Source of the DNA: Octopus sinensis
Lineage: Eukaryota
Direction of reading: 5' to 3'
Length of the DNA: 17,314 nucleotides
Assembly: GCF_006345805.1 (NCBI RefSeq)
Contig: NW_021825226.1
Span: forward strand, 1 to 17,314
Below are positions 7,920-17,314 of the stretch, piece after piece. Position numbers and translations under genes: made by a program. Under the pieces are notes generated by a model. It saw nothing but the letters and a program-made list of their open reading frames with translations. It did no database searches and had not been told where the DNA came from. Position 1 is the first letter of the stretch. Every line of letters begins with the position of its first letter.

Positions 7920-10116
7920 ACGCATGCGCAGTTAGTCAGTTGCTTCCTGTTCAGCCAGAGTGGACGCGAGTCAACCAGCTCCGTCCAATTAAAGAAAAAA
8001 GACCAAAAACGGAAAGTTGTCGAGGTAAGTGATTTTGTTTATTGTGAGTTGGGCATAATTTATTGCGTGCCAATTATTATTTCAGTAAGTTGTGTCCAAC
8101 TCTGAGACAATTTCGCCTGCTCTCGGCAGCTGCCGTTTTTGTGTTCATTGAAAAAAAAAAAAAGAAAAAACAGTGGAGGGGCGTATCCTCGGAATTCAAT
8201 ACAGTTACTGTTAAAATTACCGTTGGCGGTAGCCAGTGCTGTGTTTGGGTTTGTTGAATTTATTCCCTTGTCAGAGTACTTCGCAAGAAAATTATAAAAA
8301 TAAGCCACTATTGGATTACCTTTCGGACCCATTTTTGTGGAGGTTGTGTTGCTGTTGCGGCGTTCCAGGCTCAACCCAGGCCGGGAGTACCGCAAGGCCA
8401 GAATATTTTTGCTGTGTTTTTTCTGTTTATTAACTTTCTTTTGAACTTCATTTAACCCCCCCCTTTTATTTTTTTTCTTTATTGCGACTTTCCGTTGATT
8501 TCTTCCCTTCTGTTGTGCTTTCTCCTTTTTGTTTTTTCATAAATCTATCAAATTTTATTTGGACTTTTGAACTTTTTTCTTCTTGCTTTTTGAGTTTAAT
8601 TTGAATATATTTTTAAAAAAACATGGCAATGAAAAATAACAAAATTTTGGAATGGGAAATCATACCACCTAAAAAGGGGTTAAAAGACCGTGAAGATAGG
8701 ACGGTGGTGTTGAGAACCTACTCCAAGGCACTCGACACCATCGCCCTATTCGAAAAGACGGCAATTGAAAAGGAGTTGGAAGAGTATTTGCCAACAATTA
8801 AATTCATTTCCAGGGGTGTCAAATATGCAACGGTGTGGTTGCTATTTGACACCCCTGAAGAGGCTTGCAAATTTGCTAGCAAACCCCTGGAGGGTAAGGA
8901 AATCTTATTCCTGCCCACGTACAAAAAAAAGAAATTGATGAAAGCTTGGATTTGCGGGCTGCCACCCGACATAGAACCCGAGTGGATAGAGGAGACTATC
9001 CGCGGGGTCTGGGTGGCAGCGAAACTAAGCTCCTTAATGTAAAAGTTCTTCCTGCGGCTGCTTGGGTTGGGTCAAAAGCAATTTTGACCCTGTGGACCCA
9101 ATCAGCCAATCTGGTTCTTCCAGATTTTTTGAAAATGGCCGGGTGCAGGTACCCGGTGATGCTTGAGGGTCGCCCCCCTAAGTGTCATCGGTGCTTGGAG
9201 TCCGGCCACATAAAGAAGAACTGTCCTCGGGAACAAAATAGGATCCCGGAACAGTTAAGTAAAACCCCTCTAGAAGAGGGAACGATAACGGCCGAGAAAG
9301 CAGAGGACTCCTCAAACAGAGGCCGAAAGAGGAAGGTGAGCAACAATGGGTGCTCACCAAAGGATAATAGGGATGAGGAGAGGAAGGCGAATCTTCCAGC
9401 CAGGGAGGAGACGGCACCCTCCCTCAGTTGAAAAGGGAAAAAAATGAAAAAGAGGAAGAAAAACGGGACATTACCGGCTGTCAGTGTAACACCGGAATGT
9501 CCCGGAACTACGTCGGTTGGGGTTGTGCCACCGACAAGAGAAGGAATACCGTTGGCGGGAACTGTGCCGCCAACGAAAGAACTGAACGTATTGGTCCTCT
9601 TCTATAGAGGAGGAGTAATTGAAAAAAAATTATGGAAGAGCACCACAAGGGAGCAACTTTAGCCTTCACACAGGACCCCGAATGGCCTCCGCAGATAGCT
9701 GTGGAGGCCGTGGCGTTCGACGTAACGCTTGGGCTAAAGGAGCTCAATGAAGATTATAGCTTGGTCCCGGGCGACGCGAACTCGGAACTTGATTACGTTC
9801 TGAGGGAGGCGTGGTTGATGGTGGAGGGCGCGGGCACAAGCTATTTCGAGGACGATATGTAATTATTGAACTGTTAGTATTAATAATGGACTGCTAAGTC
9901 CAAAAATTGGAAAAATTTTAAGAGGTTTAATACCTCGTTTTGTGTTTATCTTTAAAAAGAACAATGTTTTAGAGAAGCGAAAGTCGGCGGGCGCTTTTTG
10001 TCTTCTCCCATCCTTATCATCTGTCTTTCATTATCATTCACTTCATTAATGTCCTCGTCCAGCCCGCAAAGCTAACTTAATCTGTGTACTGCCTTTATGG
10101 CAAATGTTTTGAAATA
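7920..10116 (+). mobile_element. ORF1-only (HAL1-like) non-autonomous non-LTR retroelement, L1/Tx1-related
   Basis: Exact 15-bp TSD AAGTAGCTTGCTAAC (7905..7919, 10117..10131). About 700-bp 5' UTR, a gag-like ORF and a ~250-bp 3' UTR ending in AATAAA. No RT. Confidence 0.82.
8623..9862 (+). CDS. L1/Tx1-type ORF1 (gag-like) nucleic-acid-binding protein, ~413 aa reconstructed (2 frameshifts and 1 in-frame stop as assembled)
   Basis: RRM-like region (TVWLLFDTPEEA, WICGLPPDI..EWI), then LPDFL..EGRPPK-CHRCLESGHIKKNC (CX2CX4HX4C, 9183..9224), a basic low-complexity linker and an acidic C-terminus. Frameshifts at G4 (9004..9007) and A8 (9622..9629); TGA at 9429. Confidence 0.75.
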
Positions 10117-10268
10117 AAGTAGCTTGCTAACCAACAACATGGTTCCGGGTTCAGTCCCACAGCGTGGCATCTTGGGCAAGTGTCTTCTGCTATAGCCTCG
10201 GGCCGACCAAAGCCTTGCGAGTGGATTTGGTAGACGGAAACTGAAAGAAGCCTGTCGTATATATGTAT

Positions 10269-10318
<50 letters not shown>

Positions 10319-11270
10319 GTGTGTGTGTGCGTGTATGTTTGTGTGTCTGTGTTTGTGTGTCTGTGTTTGTCCCCGATGCTGGTGTGCTTGAATTTAAAGG
10401 AAAGTTTTTTTTTAAAGAATATTTGTATAGCGTTCAAATACAAGGGGCGTTTTCCTTGTTTCTGCCTTTCTCTGTCTCTCTTGTTTACTCTTGTAGATTC
10501 GAATATATATATATGTTTGTGTGTGTTTGTGTGTCTGTGTCTGTCCCTCGCCCCAACATCGCTTGACAACCGATGCTGGTATGTTTAGTCCCCGTAACTT
10601 AGCGGTTCGGCATAACAGACCGATAGAATAAGTACTGGGCTTACAAAAGAATAAGTCCCGGCGTCGAATTGCTCGATTAAAGGCGGTGCTCCAGCACGGC
10701 CGCAGTCAAATGACTGAAACAAGTAAAAGAGTAAAAGAGAGTACATATTTGGAAAGATTAAAGCTTGTATTGAAGACCAAAATTAATTCTAGGAACATGA
10801 TTAATGTGACCAACGATTGGGCGTTTGCCGTTGTAGATTATATTGCTGGAGTTGAGGATTAGACGAAATTTGGATTAGCTGTATGGATAGAAAAAAGGGA
10901 AGACCCTAACTTTGCATGTAGTCCTCCATCAAGTACTTCCTTTCTGCGTGGTAAGGTCTCTTCTCTTAAACTTCAACAGATATAAGTCATTGCTTAATTA
11001 CAACTCTTAATTATTTTGTTTTCATTCATGGCGATGGTTTACTAAAATTTGTTCTCCATTCAAATCCTGAGAAGAGCTAAGAAGCTTTTCTCTTCTAGTT
11101 TTCTGCATCATGTAAGAATGAATGATATTAGCCTTAAGATAAAGGGATTCATGAATAGTTTGGCCCTTTCTCGTCCAGTTAACTATTCCCACAATATAAT
11201 GTCCGTTGGCAATACTTAATATGTTCTATATCTATTTTGAAACCACTTCCATGATGATTCACAACTCTGT

Positions 11271-11711
11271 TACTCTTTTACTCTTTTACGTGTTTCATTC
11301 ATTTGACTGAGGCCATGCTGGAGCACAGCCTTCAGTCGAGCAAATCTACCCCAGGACTTATTCTTTGTAAGCCTAGTACTTATTCTATCGGTCTCTTTTG
11401 CCGAGCCACTAAGTTACGGGGACGTATATACCCCAGTGTCGGTTATCAAGCGATGTTGGGGCGGGGGACAAACACAGACACACAAACACACACAAACCTA
11501 TATATATATTCGAATCCACAAGAGTAAACAAGAGAGACAGCGAAAGGCAGAAACAAGGAAAATGCCCCTTATATTTGAACACAATACAAACATTCTTTAA
11601 AAAATTTTTCTAAATTTAATTATTTAATTGTTTCAGTTGAAAAGGTCTCAATGACTGAAATGTACTTTATAAAATTATTTTAGCATTTTCGACCCTAAAT
11701 TGTTTTTACAT

Positions 11712-11746
<35 letters not shown>

Positions 11747-11917
11747 CATATATACGACGGACTTCTTTCAGTTTCCGTCTACGAAATCCACTCACAATGC
11801 TTTGTTCGGCCCGAGGCTATAGTAGAAAACACTTGCCCAAGGCGCCATGCAGTGGGACTGAACCCGGAACTATGTGGCTGGTAAGCAATCTACTTACCAC
11901 AAAGCCACTCCTACGCC
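11271..11917 (-). mobile_element. SINE family 2 copy with a ~200-bp insert (11510..11712) in its internal microsatellite
   Basis: Tail 11271..11510 and head 11741..11917 match family 2. Confidence 0.88.
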
Positions 11918-12494
11918 TTATATAGGCGAATTTCTGGCAAATAATACCGAAAGGCGTCCTTCTCTGCGGCTATAACGATTTTGCCAATTTGCCGTCTTAA
12001 TAATATTTTGGACTGTTTTGTAGTGTATTTAGCATGTATGTTTTTTTAATAATAGAGTAACGGCGTAAATTTGTTTGTACCTGGACCAAAAGAGATGTTG
12101 GTTGTTAGGTTTAAAAAAATTTGTTATATTCAAGATAACTGGTAAACTCTGACCTCATTACATTTTGGGAAACAAAGGAAAGTTCGACGACATGAAGAAG
12201 GGGTCAGACAAAATTGGCCTCATTATTGTAGAAGCGATTAGTTACGCTTCTTAAAAAGATCGATATTATTGATAAAGAAAACAAAAGAAAAAAATGTAAT
12301 AGCCGTGATATATAAGTATATATTTAGAAGACGGAACCGAAATATTGTTTTTTATTATAGGAAGGAAAGAGAAGAAAAAAAGAAACAAAATGTCAGTGTA
12401 AACTTCTTGGAAGAAATTTGAGTTTGTTAGGAAAATAATCGATATTTTTTGTATTATTATTCGTGTGTTATTGGTGGTGGTGGGGGGGGGGGAG

Positions 12495-12625
12495 ACAGCG
12501 AGTTGGCAGAAATGTTAGCACATTGAAGAAAATATCTAAAAGCATTTCTCTAAACTCTTTCATCTGTCTTTCGATTCAGAGTTCAAATTCCACTGGGGTC
12601 AAGCCTGCCTTGCATCATTTCGAGG
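12495..12625 (+). mobile_element. Old SINE-like family 3 fragment (duplicate at 13388..13530)
   Basis: GCGAGTTGGCAGAA..GTTAGCAC..GAGTTCAAATTCC is shared with the 14436..15015 copies. Confidence 0.7.
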
Positions 12626-12649
12626 TTGGAATATCTATATAATATATAT

Positions 12650-12824
12650 ATATACATATATACGACGGACTTCTTTCAGTTTCCGTCTACGAAATCCACT
12701 CACAAGCTTTGTTCGGCCCGAGGCTATAGTAGAAAACACTTGCCCAAGGCGCCATGCAGTGGGACTGAACCCGGAACTATGTGGCTGGTAAGCAATCTAC
12801 TTACCACAAAGCCACTCCTACGCC
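12650..12824 (-). mobile_element. SINE family 2 head (duplicated copy)
   Basis: Nearly identical to 11741..11917. Confidence 0.88.
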
Positions 12825-13640
12825 TTATATAGGCGAATTTCTGGCAATAATACCGAAGGCGTCCTTCTCTGCGGCTATAACGATTTTGCCAATTTGCCGT
12901 CTAATAATTTTGGACTGTTTTGTAGTGTATTTAGCATGTATGTTTTTTTAATAATAGAGTAACGCGTAATTTGTTTGTACCTGGACCCAAAAGAGATGTT
13001 GGTTGTTAGGTTAAAAAAATTTGTTATATTCAAGATAACTGGTAAACTCTGACCTCATTACATTTTGGGAAACAAAGGAAAGTTCGACGACATGAAGAAG
13101 GGGTCGACAAATTGGCCTCATTATGTAGAAGCGATTAGTTACGCTTCTTAAAAAGATCGATATTATTGATAAAGAAAACAAAAGAAAAAAATGTAATAGC
13201 CGTGTTATATAAGTATATTTTAGAAGACGGAACCGAAATATTGTTTTTTATTATAGGAAGGAAAGAGAAGAAAAAAGAAACAAAATGTCAGTGTAAACTT
13301 CTTGGAAGAAATTTGAGTTTTTTAGGAAAATATCGATATTTTTTGTATTATTATTCGTGTGTTATTGTGGTGGGTGGTTGGGGGGGAGACAGCGAGTTGG
13401 CAGAAATGTTAGCACATTGAAGAAAATATCTAAAAGCATTTCTCTAACTCTTTCATCTGTCTTTCGATTCAGAGTTCAAATCCACTGGGAAGCCTGGTTG
13501 CAAGCCTGCCTTGCGCATTCTATTCGAGGTTGGAATATTTATATATATATATATATATATCTAATATATATAATGTGTTGTGTGGTGTGTGTGTGTGTTG
13601 TGTGTGTGTGTGGGTGTGTTGTGTGTTTATATATATATAT

Positions 13641-13815
13641 GGCGTAGGAGTGGCTGTGTGAAGTAGCTTGCTTACAAACCACATGGTTCCTGCTTCAGTC
13701 CCACTGCGTAGAACCTTGGGTAAGTGTCTTCTACTATAGCCTCGGGAAAACCGAAGCCTTGTGAGTGGATTTGGTAGACGGAAACTGAAGGAAGCCTATC
13801 GTATATATCTATATA

Positions 13816-13865
<50 letters not shown>

Positions 13866-14315
13866 GTGTGTGTGTGTGTGGTGTGTGTTGTGTTTATATA
13901 TATATGGCGTAGGAGTGGCTGTGTGGGAAGTAGCTTGCTTACAAACCACATGGTTCCTGCTTCAGTCCCACTGCGTAGAACCTTGGGTAAGTGTCTTCTA
14001 CTATAGCCTCGGGAAAACCGAAGCCTTGTGAGTGGATTTGGTAGACGGAAACTGAAGGAAGCCTATCGTATATATCTATATATCTATATATATGTATGTG
14101 TGTGTATACGTTTGTGTGTGTGTGTGTGTTTATCTCCCCAACAAACCGATGCTTGTGTCTTTACGTCCCCGTAACCTATCGGTTCGACTAAAGAGACCGA
14201 TAGAATAAGTACTAGGCTTACAAAAAATAAGTCCTTGGGTCGATTTGCTCGACTGAAGGTGGGGCTCTAGCATGGCCAGAGTCAAATGACTGAAACAAGT
14301 AAAAGAGTAAAGAGT
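13641..14315 (+). mobile_element. SINE family 2: duplicated head (13641..13830) followed by a full copy (13906..14315), period 265 bp
   Basis: GGCGTAGGAGTGGCTGTGTG occurs at 13641 and 13906 with shared private variants. Confidence 0.9.
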
Positions 14316-14364
14316 ATATATATATATTTACATGGTAACAGTGGAATATTGTGATCGTTGTAAT

Positions 14365-15015
14365 TCAAAATTTGAGGGTTTGTGCTCATGGTAGAAAGGA
14401 TTATTATTATTATTATTATTATTCGTAAAGAGATTGGCGACGAGCTGGCAGAATCGTTAGCCCGCCAAGTAAAATGCTTAGTGGCATTTCTCTCCGTCCT
14501 TACATTCTGAGTTCAAATTCTACCGGGGTCGACTTCGTCTTTCTTCCGCTCAAGGTCAATAAAATAAGTACAAGTTAAACATGAGTCCGATGTAATCGAC
14601 TTAGCAGTCCCTTTCCCAAAATTGCTGCCTCTGGGCCAAGATTATAGAGAGAGCAAACAATCATTAAAACCCTGGACAAAACGCTTGGCTTCATACCTCC
14701 CAACACTTTCCTCTGACTTTACGTTTAGAGTTCAAATTCCGCCGAGGTCGACTTTGCCTTTCATTCTTTCGGTGTTGATATGCACAGTATCAATGGAACA
14801 TTGGGGTCAATGTAACCGACTAGCCTTCTGCCCACAAAATTTCAAGCTTTGAACATATAGTAGAAAGAATTATTAAATAGGGATATGAGGCGAGCTAGGA
14901 GTATTGTTAGCACGCTGGGCAAAATACCAAGAGATGTTTTATCGGCCTTTTTGCTCTGAGGCCGACTTTGCCTTTCATCATTTCGGCATCAATAAAAGAA
15001 GTACCAGTTGTGTCA
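14365..15015 (+). mobile_element. Head-to-tail cluster of 3-4 diverged family 3 SINE-like copies
   Basis: Units at about 14436, 14650 and 14888 share GAGTTCAAATT..GGTCGACTT..AAGTACCAGT..TAATCGACT motifs. The tail TAGAAAGGATTATT(ATT)n occurs at ~14392 and ~14862. Confidence 0.72.
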
Positions 15016-15051
15016 GTTTGATTCAAATTCATAGCTACGAATTCGCGCTCG

Positions 15052-15066
15052 TATATATATATATAT

Positions 15067-15112
<46 letters not shown>

Positions 15113-15277
15113 TAATACATATATATACATATATATATATATAATATTATATATTTATATATCTATATATATATATATGTATATATATATATACATATAT
15201 ACACACACATATATATATATACATATATATACAATATATATATATATGTATATATATGTATATATATACATATATCA
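15052..15277. repeat. Compound (TA)n/(GA)n/(CA)n microsatellite
   Basis: Direct inspection. Confidence 0.95.
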
Positions 15278-15652
15278 CAAATAAGAAAATGGAGGAGAAC
15301 AATAGGTAGTTCATCAACTTTTGGACAATAAAATGTTAACTTATTTATTTATTAAACTGATAATTATAATAACATACCTGCATATAACATATTATTATTT
15401 GCATATAAGGTATAAGATATAAAATATAGTAATATATAAGGATAACAGAAATTATTATAAAAAATATTTTTAAAATAATTTCTGGTATCCTTATATATTA
15501 CTATATTTTATATCTTATACCTTATATGCAAATAATAATATGCTATATGTATGTATGTTATTATAATTATCAGTTTAATAAATAAATAAGTTAACATTTT
15601 AATGTCCAAAAGTTGATGAACCACCTATTGTTCTCCTCCATTTTCTTATTTG
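15278..15652. repeat. 375-bp near-perfect spacerless palindrome
   Basis: Arms of ~187 bp with about 7 mismatches and 1 indel by manual comparison; centre at 15465/15466. Confidence 0.95.
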
Positions 15653-15760
15653 CTATATAAATTAATGGTAAAATATCTCTTTACCTTCACCCATTTAGTA
15701 CACTAGGTAAGTTAATTGCAATGCAAAAAAAAAGCACTTGTGTATTAATAATTGAGTATT

Positions 15761-16179
15761 CTCTTTAAACTCTTTTTACTCTTTTACTTGTTTCAGTCAT
15801 TTGACTGCGGCCATGCTGGAGCACCGCCTTTAGTCGAGCAAATCGACCCCGGCACTCATTCTTTGCAAGCCCAGTACTTATTCTATCGGTCTCTTTTGCC
15901 GAACCGCTAAGTGACGGGGACGTAAACACACCAGCATCGGTTGTCAAGCAATGCTAGGGGAACAAACACAGACACACAAACATATTCACACACACTTATA
16001 CATATATACATATATACGACAGGCTTCTTTCAGTTTCCGTCTACCAAATCCACTCACAAGGCATTGGTCGGCCCGGGGCTATAGCAGAAGACACTTGCCC
16101 AAGATGCCACGCAGTGGGACTGAACCCGGAACCATGTGGTTGGTTAGCAAGCTACTTACCAAACAGCCACTCCTGCGCC
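15761..16179 (-). mobile_element. SINE family 2, full length
   Basis: Head GGCGCAGGAGTGGCTG, B box GGTTCAGTCCC, CORE-like CTTGGGCAAGTGTCTT and tail (GTAAAAGA)n. Confidence 0.92.
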
Positions 16180-16429
16180 AGCAGTATATTGAATAGATAT
16201 TATCCCTTAGTGGGTTGCTTTTCCCAATATAATGTGGCTGTCCTGAAACGGACGAAAATATAAGTGTGTCGTATAACCGGCTAGAAACGATATTTTTCTT
16301 GGTTCTAAATCAACACCAACATCGTCCCTTTCAGGGCAGTCAGATGAATTTGGCAAATCGTATTTGCTTTAAAATATCTGCTACTGAGTGACTCTCTTTG
16401 AAAGATTTAAAAATAATTATAATGTATAT

Positions 16430-17314
16430 AGATACATTAGTCTCAAATCATGGCCCACCACTTCATCCTACGTGGATATCCCCTCAACACTATCCCCACC
16501 GCTCTTGACAGTGCATATTCCGTGAGCTGTGCCTCAACCCTCTCCCCCGCACCCGCCCCGTCGTCTCCGTCTCCCTTCACCTACTATCCCACCAGCCTAC
16601 CTCTCCAACGCACCAGTCTCTGAGCCTTCCGGCGACTCCAGTCCGACAGTTCTACTTCGCAAATCTTCCCTAGCCGACGCTACCTCTCCTTCAAACAAGC
16701 CAACAACCCACTAGACCTCTTGGCCCAGAGTTTCTTCCCTAGACCAACCTCTCAACCCGGCTCGTTCCCCTGCTCACCCCAGGCTGCCGCACTTGCCCTT
16801 ACTTCTCCAACACCACCCTTCTTACTGTCACCCATCATCGATCCTATCATATCACCGACTCCTTCACCTGCACTTCTAGCAATGTCATCTGCTGCGTCAA
16901 CTGCACTTTCTGCCGTTCTCTATACATCGGGCAAACGGGAGGCTGACGGTTCTCGGAAGACCTCCGAGACATCCGATTCGGCAATGACACCCTGGTCTCG
17001 CGCAAATCCGCTCTACCCCTCATTCTTTGCAACACTTGTCTGTATTCGGATTGCCCTTGCACAGGGGCCATCCGGACTCCCGTCTTGCTGTGAACAGGGA
17101 TTAATCTTCTCTCTCCTCTCCTTTGCGCCACATGGGCTCAACTCTCCTGCCATCTTCATCTATCCCTTTTGCCCCTCTCCTCTCTTCATCTCGCACCTAC
17201 ATATTCCCACCCATCTCTCCTCGCTTGCTCCGACTCCTACTTCTTCTCTTCACTCCTACCCTACTTCTTTCTCCTCTTCACTCCTACTCATCTTCTCCCT
17301 CATCGTCACCCTCC
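16430..17314 (+). mobile_element. Degenerate Penelope-like element (Neptune-type): RT C-terminal linker, Cys-rich motif, GIY-YIG endonuclease and pyrimidine-rich 3' region
   Basis: FILRGYP..LPFTYYP..RLQSD..IFP; PGSFPC..CRTCPY..FTCTSSNVICCVNCTFCRSLYIGQTG..RFSEDLRDIR..EQGLIFSL..APHGLN (16756..17150). Confidence 0.85.

Larger units (their letters stand above)
7883..10740 (+). mobile_element. tRNA-derived SINE family 2 (internal microsatellite, (GTAAAAGA)n tail) interrupted by a 2.2-kb insertion
   Basis: 7883..7919 joined to 10132..10740 reconstitutes the element seen intact at 15761..16179. Confidence 0.92.
7375..10930 (+). pseudogene. R4/Dong-like fragment (copy C) split into 7375..7506, 7831..7882 and 10738..10930 by later insertions
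   Basis: CMSLDMKRGK..SGI at the start. Resumes after 10738 with LKLVLKTKIN..DWAFAVVDY..MDRK, collinear with copies A and B. Confidence 0.7.
11741..13545. repeat. Near-identical tandem duplication, period ~908 bp
   Basis: ACGACGGACTTC occurs at 11754 and 12662. The copies are collinear and differ mostly by 1-2-bp indels. Confidence 0.93.

Noticed and set aside
8381-8400. CCGGGAGTACCGCAAGG resembling an SSU rRNA motif
   Set aside because: The match is too short and there is no flanking rRNA similarity.
1556-16196. Many 60-165 aa ORFs rich in YI/CV/HT repeats or shared between SINE copies
   Set aside because: They are translations of microsatellites and SINEs, not genes.

Overview
AT-rich, microsatellite-laden eukaryotic non-genic (intergenic or intronic) DNA. 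The SINE families look like octopus/cephalopod ones; this is recognition from memory, not a database check. No intact host gene is evident. The window is a layered stack of mobile elements: about 15 tRNA-derived SINE copies or fragments in several head/tail combinations, three degenerate R4/Dong-like RT fragments within an old tandem triplication, two Penelope-like GIY-YIG remnants, a Penelope-type minimal hammerhead ribozyme motif, a Tc3-like transposase remnant, a 375-bp near-perfect palindrome and two near-identical tandem duplications. The most notable object is a ~2.2-kb, TSD-flanked retroelement (7920..10116) inserted in the tRNA-like head of a SINE. It encodes only an L1/Tx1-type ORF1 (putative RRM, CCHC knuckle and an unexplained acidic C-terminal domain) with no RT or endonuclease, i.e. 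a half-L1 (HAL1)-like, ORF1-only element.
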